From Felis catus (lineage: Eukaryota), in NCBI RefSeq assembly GCF_018350175.1, contig NC_058376.1, forward strand, positions 6,758,001-6,822,000: 64,000 nucleotides of DNA, read 5' to 3'. A program made the translations under genes and the position numbers. The notes under the pieces were generated by a model, which saw only the letters and a list, made by a program, of their open reading frames with translations, was not told the origin of the DNA and did no database searches. Of the stretch, positions 13,214 through 24,855 are shown in pieces; positions within the stretch are counted from its first letter, which is position 1; every line of letters starts with the position of its first letter.

Positions 13214-13421
13214 GGGGTGCCTGGGTGGCTCAGTCGGTTGAGCGTCCGGCTTCGGCTCAGGTCACAATCTCTCGGGTTGTGAGTTCGAGCCCCGCATCGG
13301 GCTCTGTGCTAATGGCTCAGAGCCTGGAGCCTGCTTCGGATTCTGTGTCTCCTTCTCTCTCTGCCCCTCCCCCGCTTGTGCTCTGTCTCTCTCTGTCTCT
13401 CAAAAACAAATAAATAAATGT
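13214..13421 (+). mobile_element. Can-SINE with 17-bp TSD
   Basis: aaatagccagcatcgta / aaatagccagcgtcata. Confidence 0.95.
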
Positions 13422-14494
13422 AAATAGCCAGCGTCATAGTGGTAAGCACTATGCAGTGAGCTTCAAGAGATGATCTTCAAGAGATGAGCCTCGGGTTTTA
13501 ATTTTTTTGCATATGTTTTTTCCCTGCCAGAAAGCCCAGGTCGAATTCACCTGCTCCCCTTTTCATGTGTGAAGGACTAGAATCATCAAAAATAGAGGTG
13601 AACAGATGTCAAAATCCTTAATTTTCCTTGCAGATACCTGTCTCTCCTTTTCTCTCTCTCTCCATACTCCATACACATGTTTATCTATACCCATCCAGAG
13701 TCTTGCATGTATCCGTCAGTGGATTGAAGTCTAGATCCATATCGATTTATATCTTCTTAATGAGGTCCCACGAGGGGAAAAACACTGACAAGAATGGAGA
13801 ACATTAGGAATGGTATCTTTTCCTTCCCAGAGATCTTAGTCATGTATGCCCATGGCCCGCTTTGGCCGTCCGTGAAGCCTATGGACCCCTTCTCAGAGTA
13901 AGGTTTTTCAGCGCGTGAAATAAAACACATGGGTTATAAGGGAAATCAATGACATTAAGAAACAATCATAAAACAAGTGAATTCCAGAGCCACCTATCTG
14001 CTGTATCACAAGCAGGCCCATGGCGGGACCCATGGGTGGCAGTGACACCTTTGGCCGTTTTGGAGAGGTGATGGGCGTAGGTGATGTGTCCGGCTGTCTG
14101 CAACACACGTGTCACGATGTGGAATGGTCTGTGATTTTTATTGTCGAAATCACAAGGGCTGCATCCCGGGGTTTTTGCCTCCCAGTGCGTATTGGAAGGA
14201 AATGGTGAATTTCATTTAGAGGCTGGTCAAAAAAAAAAAAAAAGAAGTAAGGTGCAACTCTTTGTGTTCCTGGATCCAGGCTAGGAGCCCACCTGCTTGA
14301 TTTGGCTTCCTCTGTTCTTCCCTCCCCTGCCCCCTTCCCTCCTCCCTTCCAGGGCGAGGTCCGGGAGGGCAGGGGGCGGTCTCTGCCCCCGGCCGCTTGG
14401 TCTCCAGGCGCCGGAACCCCTACAGGCTGTGTTCTTCCTCTAACGGCGGACGGATTCTCTTCCCAAACACATTAGTATTTATAAGAAATGAGCC

Positions 14495-14709
14495 GGGGCG
14501 CCTGGGTGGCTCGGTCGGTTAAGCGTCCGACTTCGGCTCAGGTCATGACCTCACGCTCCGTGAGTTCGAGCCCCGCATCGGGCTCTGGGCTGACAGCTCG
14601 GAGCCTGGAGCCTGCTTCAGATTCTGTGTCTCCCTCTCTCTCTGCCCCTCCCCCGCTCACGCTCTGTCTCTCTCTGTCTCAAAAATAAAGAAACGTTAAA
14701 AAAAAAATG
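14495..14709 (+). mobile_element. Can-SINE
   Basis: Full SINE; flanks ataagaaatgag / ataggaaatgag. Confidence 0.95.
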
Positions 14710-14859
14710 ATAGGAAATGAGTGTGTCTCAGGAGAGGAGGCCGTGGCTGTTTTCTTCGAATCTCACCTGGTACTATCTGGACATAAATTTCTTCTAGCTC
14801 CAAATGTGAGAAAGGCCAGAACCGATTCTTGCGCTGCCACGGGGCGGCACGGGTCCCTG

Positions 14860-15110
14860 GGACAATGATTAAGGACCGCCCCCCGCCCCGCCCCCGACAC
14901 CAAAGCTGACTTAATTAAAGTGCTTTAATAATCGATGGTGTCGCTGAGGGTAATGAAGGTGATGCCAGCACGGGGGTCAGGCAGGAAGCGGCAAGTCGTG
15001 TTGCCATGGCAATGGTGTCCCTGGCCGATCCCGGATATGGTCCAGGCCCGCACGCTGAATGAAGCGCTTTCTGCAAAGTCCTCTGTGGATCTGAGATGCT
15101 GTTTACCTGA
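14860..15110. promoter_or_regulatory. Candidate enhancer with RFX X-box, homeobox, ETS and forkhead motifs
   Basis: GTTGCCATGGCAAT 15000-15013; TTAATTAA 14911-14918; AATCGAT ~14930; CAGGAAG ~14982; TGTTTAC 15100-15106; GC boxes ~14876-14895. Confidence 0.5.
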
Positions 15111-15894
15111 GCACAGCGTCCATTTGTTGCCGCGGAGTTAAATAGAATCTATTGGGGGGGTGGGGACACAGAGAGAAGCCCTAACAGAGAGAGAGAGGAG
15201 AGAACAGACTGGGAGAAGCACTCCCGGAGCTGTTGGTGGCATTAGGAAAAGGCACATTTCTCTCTGAACAGGTTTGTAGCCCCTGCTGGGGGTAGAGTGG
15301 CGCTTCTCTCTCCTGGCTTCTCCTCTCTGAGTATGGCACCAGGAGTTTTGCCAAAACCAGAGTAAAAACTACCTCTGGCCCACCGCACCCGAGGCTGGTC
15401 TCCTTTGTCATAGGGCTGCTATGTCCAGTTGCACAGGTTGAGTACTGCATCAGGCACCCAAAGGAGGGCTCCATGGGGTCGACCTTGCCTTTGCCCATCA
15501 CACCATCTATGAGCCTTGACGAGCACCTGGTCTACCTGGAGAAAGGGGAGACTTTTGTAACATGGACAAAGGCACCAGACGGGGTAAATCAGCCTGTTCC
15601 CTCCCACATTTTCCATTTTCTAACAAGGAGAACGGGAAGGCTATTAAAAATATATTTATGGGCAACAGTGGCTTCCTATCCTCTGCCTCCTACCTTCGAC
15701 TCAGACAGAAAAGGCCAAGTTCCTGACCGGTAAACAGAAACGTGTGGCGATTCACAGCTGGTCGCGGGGTCCGTGGAGGCACGAGGTGTATCCGTGGCTG
15801 CGTCCTCTCGGGGTTCCTGTGAGGATCCGCAGCTTCTGGAAGTGACAGGACATCAGCTCTGCGTTAGGAGCTCGGCAGATGCCTCAAGCGGGAG

Positions 15895-16015
15895 GCTTCG
15901 CTTCTCCGAGCCTCGGTTCGCTCATCTGTACCACGACAGGGGGCTGGCAGGAACGGCAAGTTCACAGGGAAGGTCTCTGTGAGGATTCGAAGAAGTGAGG
16001 TACGTGAAGGGCTTG
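15895..16015. mobile_element. MIR fragment
   Basis: cttctccgagcctcggttcgctcatctgta...gtgaggattcgaagaagtgaggtacgtgaagggctt follows the MIR core. Confidence 0.7.
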
Positions 16016-16792
16016 ATCAGCAGTGAGTGTGCACGTGCGTGCGCAGAACCTGACTTCCCAGGTCTGTGTGGGCCACACGCACATGTGTGTGCACACCTGG
16101 GAACACGGTGGCTGGGGGGCCGTGAAATTGAGGGGCTGCCTTTGAGCCAAGTCCTGGTCACAGATGCACACGCGATGCTCCCAGCTGCTGTCACCCGAGG
16201 AAACCTCCCTTTGCTAAAATTCCTGTCACCCTGAGGCTGACCTGACCCCCGGCCCAGGAAGGGGTGTTCTCCCTTTCTTCCTCCGCGGGGGTTGCGGGCA
16301 GCAGGCCAGCTGTGGGGGAAACTGTCGTGTGCAGTGACCGAGTGAAGCGGCCGAGGGGCACTTCAGAGTGACTGGGCGGGATGGGCTCTTTTGGGAACCG
16401 GCCCTGAGAGGTGCCCGGGGAGGGAGCCCCGATTCGGGTTTTTTAAAAGACCACGCACGCCTCCCACTCTGGAGAACGGATGGTGCGAGGGCCGGAATGT
16501 GAACGGAGAACCAGCCGGGAGCTCCTGGAAGTCCGCGGAGAGAGATGCGTAGACGGCGGTGGCCTGCAGGGCGTGGGGAGGCGGACAGAGAGGGGGCAGC
16601 CGCAGCGACCCGCTTCCGGCACCCAGCAGTGCCAGGTGGCCTCAGTTTCGTGAACCAAACAGGTGCAGAACCACCCCTCTGGTCTGCATTTGGGGTTTCT
16701 TGGCCACAAATGTAATATTTCTTTTTATGTTTATTGCTTTTGTTTTATCTTCTCTGAAATATCAGAAAATGTGTAGAATCACATATATATCT

Positions 16793-17006
16793 GGGGCGCC
16801 TGGGTGACTCAGTCGGTGAAGCACCCCACTTCAGCTCAGGTCACGATCCCGAGGCTCATGAGTTTGAGCCCCACATTGGTCTCTGTGCTGACAGCTCGGA
16901 GCCTGGAGCCCGCTTCCGATTCTGTGTCTCCCTCTCTCTCTCTGCCCCTCCCCTGCTCATGCTCTCTCTTTCAAAAATAAATAAACATCAAAAAATAAAA
17001 AATAAA
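16793..17006 (+). mobile_element. Can-SINE
   Basis: Full SINE with A-rich tail. Confidence 0.95.
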
Positions 17007-17009
17007 GTG

Positions 17010-17480
17010 GCCTATCTGTGGTTGTTTGGACTTTCCTTATTTCGTAGCGGTTCTTTATATATTGTGATTCTAATCCTTTTTTGTTAAGTATATTAAAATA
17101 ATCATCTTTTCACTTTCTTTAAGGTCTTTTATGATGAACAAAAGTTACTAAGTTTGAAAGAATCAACACGGTCAAGTGCTTAATTTATGGTTCGGGCCTT
17201 CTGTGTCTTAAATGCTTCCCACTGAGGGTTGATGGGGGGTGGGGGGGAGGGGAGGGTGGGTGATGGGTATTGAGGAGGGCACCTTTTGGGATGAGCACTG
17301 GGTGTTGTATGGAAAACAATTTGACAATAAACTTCATATATTGAAAAAATAAATTAATTAATTAAAATAAAATAAAATAAAATAAAAACTTGCTAAAAAA
17401 AAAAAAGAAACGCTTCCCATGTTAGGATAAATATTCATCTCACTTTTCTACTTTCCTGCTTTGGGCATTTAAGTCTGAGA
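17010..17480 (-). mobile_element. Old L1M ORF2 fragment interrupted by L1_Fc
   Basis: T-rich antisense L1 sequence (ttctttatatattgtgattctaatccttt...tttatggttcgggccttctgtgtctta) continues after the insert. Confidence 0.7.
17222..17407 (+). mobile_element. Felid L1 (L1_Fc) 5'-truncated 3' end with poly(A) and TSD
   Basis: gagggttgatggggggtggg...ggagggcaccttttgggatgagcactgggtgttgtatggaaa; TSD aaatgcttccca / aaacgcttccca. Confidence 0.92.
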
Positions 17481-17714
17481 GCTACCTGGAGTCATGTGGA
17501 TAGTGTGCGGTAAGGACCCAGTTTTGGTTTCTTCCGTGTGGAGAGGGTCCACCTCCACTTACTGAGCCGTTCCTATCTTCTTCATCCACGAGTGAGCTAC
17601 GGATTGCTCGCAGGGGGCGCAGAATGGGTGCAGCTGCTTTGGAAGACTCTGGCATTATCTTGAAAACTTGCACATCCACAGCAGGCCCAGACTGGAGAGA
17701 AGCTCCTGCCCACA

Positions 17715-18400
17715 TCTGTCAGGAGACACACAGAAGCATCTCTACGTCGCTGTTAGGATGAGCAAAGCCTTGGAAATAACCCCCACTCCTGCCAGCTGGA
17801 CAGCGGAGAAACAAATTGTGGCACAATCACATAATGGGAAACTTTAGCTGTCAGAAAGAATTAACTACAACTATCCACACCGTGCAAAGGAATTTGGCAA
17901 CCTAACCTTGGGTGAAGAGGTATGAATCCTGGGGCGCCTGGGTGGCTCAGTCGGGTAAGCATCCGACTCTTGATTTTGGCTCAGGTCATGATCTCACCGT
18001 TCGTGAGTTCGAGCCCCGCGTGGGGCTCTGCGCTGACAGCTCAGAGACTGCTTGGGATTCGTTCTCTCTCCCTCTCTCTCCGCCCCTCCCCTGCTCTCTC
18101 TTTTTCAAAATAATAAATAAACTTAAAAAAAAGAAAGATGAATCCCAGAAAAGTACGTTCAACAAAGTAGAAAACAACGAAAACTGAAAAGCATGTTTCT
18201 AAGAACACATCCGCGGGATAAAACAATGGTATTAAAAAAGAACAAGGCTGAACACAAGTTTCAGGGTGGGTGGTGCCCGTGAAAGGGGAGGTGCCCGCAA
18301 GCCGGCGTGAGTTGCCTTCAAGTTTTGGAGACCTTGTGCTGCCTGGGGACGTTATCAGGGTTCATTCTGATATTGCACACGCGTATACACGTTTCCAATC
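17715..18400 (+). mobile_element. L1ME/L1MD-like 3' end, split by SINE
   Basis: aaacaaattgtggcacaatcacataatgggaaa...gaattaactacaacta...tgaatc|ccagaaaagtac. Confidence 0.65.
17931..18136 (+). mobile_element. Can-SINE
   Basis: Full SINE; flanks atgaatcc on both sides. Confidence 0.95.
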
Positions 18401-18694
18401 ATGACAGTCCGAGGGTGTGTTTCTGCGGGTCTGAGGCTGGAGAGGGGGAGAGAGGGGGAAAGTGTTTGGGGCTGTTTCCCCGGTGGTCTTTCACACTCAG
18501 CTGTGTCTAACCCATCGCCGTGGAAGGGAATGCCGTCCGCGTTCACAGTTGTCGGTGACGAACGCCAACAAAGCCCACCGTGTCCCAGGCAGAGCTGCGA
18601 GGACTCATCTCTGGGCCTGGGCACGGCGGGTGGGAAGGAGGAGGACAGAGATAGCCGCCCAGAGGTTTCAGCAAGAGTAAAAGAAGTATGATTT

Positions 18695-19250
18695 TGAAGG
18701 ACGTCAGGACATGCCACCCCGGCACATGCCGCTCTGGTGCACTGATTACTTTGAGCTGAAGCCGCCTGAAAACCGCAGATGCAGGGCAGACTCTCTCTGA
18801 TCGCCCTTATCTGCCTGGAGACATCTCCTCCAAAAGGAGCTCGGTCGTCGTCCATCCCCTCCCGGGAGCGTCTTCAGCAGGGAAGATACAGACTCTCATC
18901 GCTGGAGACATGAGACCAGGGGTGGGCACCCCACCCAGACACAGTCTGTCCCAAACTGTCATACATCCCATCTGGTCTTCTGAGAGCCCCCTCCGCTTTC
19001 CTAAAACCACCTGCTGTCCCCTGAGTTGTCTACCACCCTCTCCTTCCCTTGTGAAGACGCATTTATAAGCTCTCACATCTCGCCCATATTTGAGGTGTAT
19101 TCTCTTTTTTCCCCCTATGACGCCCCTGTGTGCCTTATATTAAAAGTGAATACATCTGTCGACCTTTTCTGCTGTGAATGTGCCTGTTGTCTATTTCATA
19201 CACCCAGCTACACAGCCTAGGAGGGTAAAGTCCTGCCCCTCCCCCCCACA
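18695..19250 (+). mobile_element. ERV1 solo LTR, MER34/MER39-like
   Basis: TG...CA ends; tgaaggacgtcaggacatgccacccc...gattactttgagctgaag matches the MER34-group 5' end. Confidence 0.8.
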
Positions 19251-19299
19251 GTTCATAAAATGTCATTTTGTGGCCATAGAGTCCAAAGCTGCTTACTTT

Positions 19300-19860
19300 T
19301 CAGATGAAAGAATTCTCGCTTCGCAAAGGACTATTTCTGGGGTACTGGCCACGTGCCCTTGAGGCGCGATTCCAGGACCCTTGTAGGCTGTTAGGTTGTC
19401 CTGTCTCAACCTCACGACCAACCCCACCGTGTGGCCCTCCAGGCTGGCGTGGGCACAACTCCTGCGTTGCTCTCCAGTTTGACTTCGGTGGTGCGGGAGA
19501 TGTTCAAGGTTCCCTCCTGGGGACGCCAACCAAAGGATGACCAAACTGGGATCTTCACACCGTGAGGGATAAGACGTGGCACGTACGAATACACACAAAC
19601 AGCATGTGCTCTTATTTAAGGAAGTTGAAGAACAGGCAAACCAGTCCGTGGGGACAGAAGTCAGGACACTGGCTGCCGCCTTGGGACAATGGATGGGCTG
19701 ACCGGAAGGGGACACGGTCCGTGCTCTGTCTCCTCATTGGGGCGGGCGCTGCAAAGGTGTCTGCATTTGTCAAAACGCACTGGGCATCGCACTCGTCGAA
19801 AAAAAGCTTCAAATCTTGAAACCCGAAGAAGAACGTGTTTTCAAAATCTTCACCGAAGGA
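19300..19860 (+). mobile_element. Degraded L1ME-like 3' end
   Basis: ggggacagaagtcaggacactggctgccgccttggg...gtctgcatttgtcaaaacgcactggg. Confidence 0.6.
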
Positions 19861-19919
19861 AACAAAACCATAGTGCAGATTCTGAAGACAGAATACCGGG
19901 GCTCAAATCCTTTCTCTGC

Positions 19920-20370
19920 TGCGTGAGTTTCCTCGGTGGCTGTCCAAAAGCACCACACCTTAGTGGCTTCAAGCGACAGAAATGTATTCTCTCACAGTTC
20001 TGGAGGCTGGGAGTCCGAGGTCAGTTTCACTGAGCCGAAGTCAAGGTATCGGCAGGGATGAGCTCCCTCCAGAGGCTCTGGGGGACCATCCATTCCTTGG
20101 CTGGTGCAGCGCCTGCAGTCTCTGGCTGGTGGCCCCTTCCTCTATCCTCAAAGCCAGTAGTGCCACACCGTGCTTCTGTGGTCCCACGGGAGCCCTCTCT
20201 TCTGTCCGATCCCCTCTGCATTTAGGGTACATCTGGATAACCCCGGATGACCTTCCAGGTCAAGCTCCTTAAATGAATCACACCTGCCGAGTCTCTCCAG
20301 TAAGATTCACAGGTTCCAGGGACTACGATGCAGACATCTTTGGGGGTCAGTAGGCGACCCACCCCACGCA
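19920..20370 (-). mobile_element. MLT1C/D-like LTR
   Basis: cagaaatgtattctctcacagttctggaggctgggagtccgagg...cacaggttccagggactacgatgcagacatctttggggg. Confidence 0.88.
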
Positions 20371-20384
20371 CCGCCTACTTGCCG

Positions 20385-20545
20385 TGTGCCTGTAGGCAAG
20401 TTTCCTAACCTCTCTGTGCCTCAGGATCCCCATTTTTAGTATGGGGATAATTCTAGTGCCTACATCATGGCCGTGAGGGTTAAGGATAAAGCGCCAAGCA
20501 CAGGGCCTGGCAGAGAGTAAATGATAGGTATTGGTATTATTTTAT
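20385..20545. mobile_element. MIR
   Basis: ggcaagtttcctaacctctctgtgcctcag...atggggataattctagtgcctac. Confidence 0.85.
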
Positions 20546-20559
20546 TATCATTGTCCTTA

Positions 20560-20660
20560 TTACGCTCCTTAATTGTGCCAGGCACGTGCTAAACGCTGGG
20601 AATCTGAAGACGAAGAGACATAGTTCTCATGCTCAGGAGTTTGTAATCCAGTGGAGACGC
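20560..20660 (-). mobile_element. L2 3' fragment
   Basis: tgtgccaggcacgtgctaaacgctggg...ctcaggagtttgtaatccagtggagac. Confidence 0.65.
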
Positions 20661-20796
20661 AGAGATGCCAGCAATTTTTGGTCGTGAGCTCTGGCCACCA
20701 TAACAAAGTACCACGGGCTGGGGGCTCAGACAACAGAAATGTGTTTGCTCACAGTTCTGGAGGCTGGAGGTCCAAGATCGACGTGCCTCAGGGCTG

Positions 20797-20947
20797 NNNN
20801 NNNNNNNNNNNNNNNNNNNNNNNNNNNNNNNNNNNNNNNNNNNNNNNNNNNNNNNNNNNNNNNNNNNNNNNNNNNNNNNNNNNNNNNNNNNNNNNNNNNN
20901 NNNNNNNNNNNNNNNNNNNNNNNNNNNNNNNNNNNNNNNNNNNNNNN
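20797..20947. other. Assembly gap (N run)
   Basis: 151 Ns. Confidence 1.
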
Positions 20948-21098
20948 CAGGGGAGAGGGGCAGAGGGAGAGAGAATCTTAAGCAGACTCTATGCTCAGCA
21001 TGAAGCCCAATGTGGGGCTCAATCTCATGACCCTGGCATCACGACCTGAGCCAAAATCGAGAGTCAGACACTCAACTGACTGAGCCCCCAGGCGCCCC
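20948..21098 (-). mobile_element. Can-SINE (tail in gap)
   Basis: Ends gagcccccaggcgcccc. Confidence 0.9.
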
Positions 21099-21800
21099 TG
21101 TGTCTGACCTCTTACGAGGACTCGGTCAGATTGGAGTAGGGCTCACCCAATGGCTGCATTTTATATCAGTCACCTCTTCAAAATCTCTTTCTCTAAATAT
21201 ATTCACCCTTGGAGGTACTGGGAGTGAGAACTTCAATATGGGAATTTGAGATAAATGCGGTTCAGCCCATAACACAATGTCTGGCAAAGTAATTCCAGAA
21301 GGAAAGCACAGTATGGTCAGAGAAAGGTGGGAAAGGAATGGCATTTCGTGCCATTCCTCGGTGCACCTCGGTGACCCTTTTACAACACGAAAAACCACCA
21401 ATGGAGGACAAGTGGGGACACGGGCCATCTGAGCACGGAAGGATGGGGGGCATGGAAACTGTGGGTTACCACCAGTGGAGACAGCTCAGACAGTTGGAAG
21501 AGGTTGGGGGGGGGAGGGCAGAGAGGAGGGAGAAGTCTTGCTTTCCCTCACTTGGTCCCCATCACGCGAGCGCGGGGGCACCAGGATCCGGCCCATCCTG
21601 AATGCCATCTCGTGTTCACGTAAGCCAATGGCTCTCAGCCCCTGGAGCCTGGACTGACAGCGCATCGTTGCCTGGACGTGTGCCAGCAATGGGGAGCCTG
21701 GGCTCCACCTGGACCCGCTGCATCAGAAACCTGGGGGGTGGGCGGGGGAGCAGTGGGTGTCTGAACAGTCCCTGGAGGTGACTCATTTTTTCCAAAAAAA

Positions 21801-21854
21801 TTTTTTTTAATGTTTATTTTGTGAGAGAGAGAAAGAGATTGCAAGTCAGGGAGG

Positions 21855-21890
<36 letters not shown>

Positions 21891-22016
21891 CCCAAGAAGG
21901 CTCCATGCTGTCGGCACAGAGCCCCACGTGGGGCTCGATCCCATGAACCGTGGGATCATGACCTGAGCGGAAAGCACGAGTCAGACACTTAACTGACTGA
22001 GCCACCCAGGTGCCCC
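21801..22016 (-). mobile_element. Can-SINE
   Basis: SINE body with (GA)n. Confidence 0.93.
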
Positions 22017-22574
22017 TGGGCCATTCTGATCCTTGCCGGGAGTTGGGGAGCTATGATTCCACTGAGCTGAACTGAAAGTGAGTGATCGGCACGGACCCTG
22101 GACAGAGAACAAGGCTGTGGGTGAGTCTCCGTGTGACCTTTGGAGCAAGAGACCCCGGCTTGGATCGGACTCACACACGCTGCACCCACGGAACGGGAAC
22201 CTTGGCTGAGAGCCCCCGTTCTGGGGGCCACGCCTTGCACACACTACATGCCCCGTGGAGATTCATCTTCTTCCCTCCCTCTGCCAGCCCCCCGCAGACC
22301 ACTGGGGTGGTGGTACTATGTTGTGTTTCTTCCACCTACTTTAGGAGAACTTGGGAGAGGAAGGACTTGGAGAGGGCAACCCATTTTTTCCGCTTGAAAG
22401 CTGGTCAAACCCCAAGAGGGCCTTGGTGGTTCTTCCTCATATCTGCAGCCCAAATCAGGCTTAGGAAACGTCCCGAGCGGCTGTGAGAAGCAGAAGAGAT
22501 ACATGAACTCAGCCAGATGGCAGCTTCTGTGTTAAAGTGACCAAAAGGGGCATCTTAGGGCCTAATCCGGGGCA

Positions 22575-23230
22575 TTCGTTTGCTGGGGTTGCTGCTGTAA
22601 GGCCCAGACTGCCACAGAGTGAGACAGAAATTAATTGCCTTGCAGCTCTGGAGGCCAGTTCAAGGGGTCGGTACCGTCGGTCTCTTCTTGGGGGCTCAGG
22701 GGGAGACTCTGTCCTCACCTTTTTCTAGTTTCTGGAGGCAGCGGACTGTCCTTGCCTCTCCTGGGCTTGCTAAGTAATACATCCATCGCAGGGTCCCCAG
22801 GGTCCCCGGGTCCCCATACTGTCCTCGCTCTGTGTGTCTGTGTCCAAATTCCTTCTTCTTTTTAAAAAATTAAAAAAAAAATGTTTATTTATTTTTGAGA
22901 GAGAGAGAAAGCAGGGGAGGGGCAGAGAGAGAGGGAGACACAGAATCTGAAGCAGGCTCCAGGCTCTGAGCCGTCAGCACAGAGCCTGACGCGGGGCTCG
23001 AACTCACAAACCGTGAGATCGTGACCTGAGTCAAAGTCAGACGCTTAACCGACTGAGCCACCCAGGCGCCCCCAAATTCCTTCTTCTTATGAGGATGCCA
23101 GTCATTGGATTTAGGGCTCAGCCTGACTCACTCTGATCTATGTTAACTTGATCACATTTGCAAATAAGGTCACATTCACAGGTACTGGGGGTTGAGATCT
23201 GAACACCCTCTTTTGGGGACACAAGTCAGC
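22575..23230 (-). mobile_element. MLT1C-like LTR interrupted by SINE
   Basis: gagacagaaattaattgccttgcagctctggaggcc...aggatgccagtcattggatttagggctc...cacattcacaggtactggggg. Confidence 0.82.
22861..23071 (-). mobile_element. Can-SINE with perfect 17-bp TSD
   Basis: ccaaattccttcttctt at 22844-22860 and 23072-23088. Confidence 0.96.
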
Positions 23231-24279
23231 CTGCCCCACTCGGCACTGACAGAGCGGTGGCTTGTAGTGGCAGGCAGGTGGGCGACAGGCTCTGGCCAGC
23301 TGGGGTTCTCTCCGAAAGTGCTAGTTCCTTCCAGGAAGGGGGCTTAGCTTGGGAACCATCAGCTGTACTCTGAGATCCTTACAAAGAGTCCCGGCTTCTC
23401 GGGACCTGCAAAAGAGAGAAAATGAGGAAATGTCTTAGCTCGTTTTCTGGAACTGGCTATTGCCTATTTCGCTTCATTTAATGGAAAAAAAAAAAAGAAA
23501 AAGGAGAAGCAGTAACTTAGATCTTTATGACTTTTGTTTTTGTTTTCGTTTTCGCCTGAGGGCGATTTAATAAAATGAGGGTGGGCGGGAACAATAATGA
23601 GGGTGGTCTGAAAATAAATGCCTTAACTGTCCTCTGCATCTGGACGGAATGTACTGGAAGGAAGTCGTATATGTTTAATGATGTGTTTGTTAGTATTCAA
23701 GCTCCCTGTGACTATTTGGGGGGGGGGGCGCGCTTCTTTAAAGGCACGCTTTTAGGGGAAAAACTGGGGCGTTAGGGGTGGAAAATGCCCTAAGCCAAAA
23801 CTCCGCCAACCCTTTGCAAGTTGCACGGGGCCATGCTCTGGCTAAGGCTGCAGAGGGGTGGGTGAGCTCACTTCCCCTAAGCGGCACGTTGCACAACCTT
23901 GGGGGAAGGAGGAGGTCTAGGGATGGCGATGTCGCCCCTTCCAGACTTTTTCAAGTCTCTTGGATCCTGCTTCCTTCCATAGAGTGGGTGACTCCTGGCC
24001 TGACGCAAGGGTCTCACATTCCTAACGCTGTGCTTGTCATTTGGCTTTTATTCCTTTCATTAAAAGCTGTCTTCAAGGACATATAAGTATCCCTGAGAAA
24101 ATATTCTGGGCCCACTTGCAAGCTTGGCCCATAAAAGGGTCTATAATACCCGGGCTTCTCTCGAAGGGCCTTCTAATGCACAAGTTGTGTCGCACGATTT
24201 CACCACTCTGGCCTCCTGCCCCCCCGGGCTGGCTGGTGACCAGGACAATGGCCTGGCACCAGAGGCCTGCGTTGAGGCG

Positions 24280-24700
24280 TGCCGTAGACTGAATAATGCC
24301 CCTCACCACAAAGATGCCTTAATCCCTGGAACCCGCGACCGTGTTCCCTCGCGTGGCCAAGGGGACTTTGTAAGTGTGATTAAGGATCTGGAGACGGGAG
24401 AGAATCCTGGATCATGCATGTGGCCACCCCAGGTGTCATGAAAGAAAAACAGGGGGAGATAGAACACAGACGAGAAGGGGAGAAGGTAACGTGTGATGAT
24501 GGAGGACGTGAGCCGAGGAACGCAGCTCTAGATGCTGGGAGAGGCAAGGCAGCTGGGTCCCCCAGCCCCCAGGGGACAGAGCACGGCCCGGGGAGACTGG
24601 CTTTGGACTCTGGCCTGTAGGATTGTGAGAAAATAAATCGCTGTTGTGTTTATCCCAAGAGTGAGGTAAGTTGTTACAGCAGCAGGAGGAAGCTAATACA
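24280..24700 (+). mobile_element. MLT1D/C-like LTR
   Basis: gtagactgaataatgcccctc...ggactttgtaagtgtgattaagg...gttacagcagcaggaggaagctaataca. Confidence 0.88.
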
Positions 24701-24855
24701 CCATGCTAAACAATTCCGTTGTGAAGTCACGAGGCTCCCCCTCCCCTTCCTGGCAGGGATCAGAGACTGCTCAGAGTGAGTGCGCAGAGGAGATGATGAC
24801 TCTGGGCGGCAGGGTGCACGAGAGAACCCTGAACCCCTCTCGGCTCTAAGGCTGC

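Larger units (their letters stand above)
20680..21273 (-). mobile_element. MLT1A/B-like LTR (contains gap and SINE)
   Basis: ccataacaaagtaccacgggctggggg...acaacagaaatgtgtttgctcacagttctggagg; ends ttcagcccataaca. Confidence 0.85.

Noticed and set aside
13225-13413. Recurrent ORFs MAQSV(K/E)R..SAQVMIS.. and antisense ETEHE(W/R)GRGRERG..
   Set aside because: Translations of Can-SINE copies, not a gene family
13461-13487. cttcaagagatga duplicated; contains the shRNA loop TTCAAGAGA
   Set aside because: Simple 14-bp slippage duplication with no flanking stem; not vector sequence
24041-24060. tggcttttattcct resembles miR-135
   Set aside because: Partial match only, no precursor hairpin
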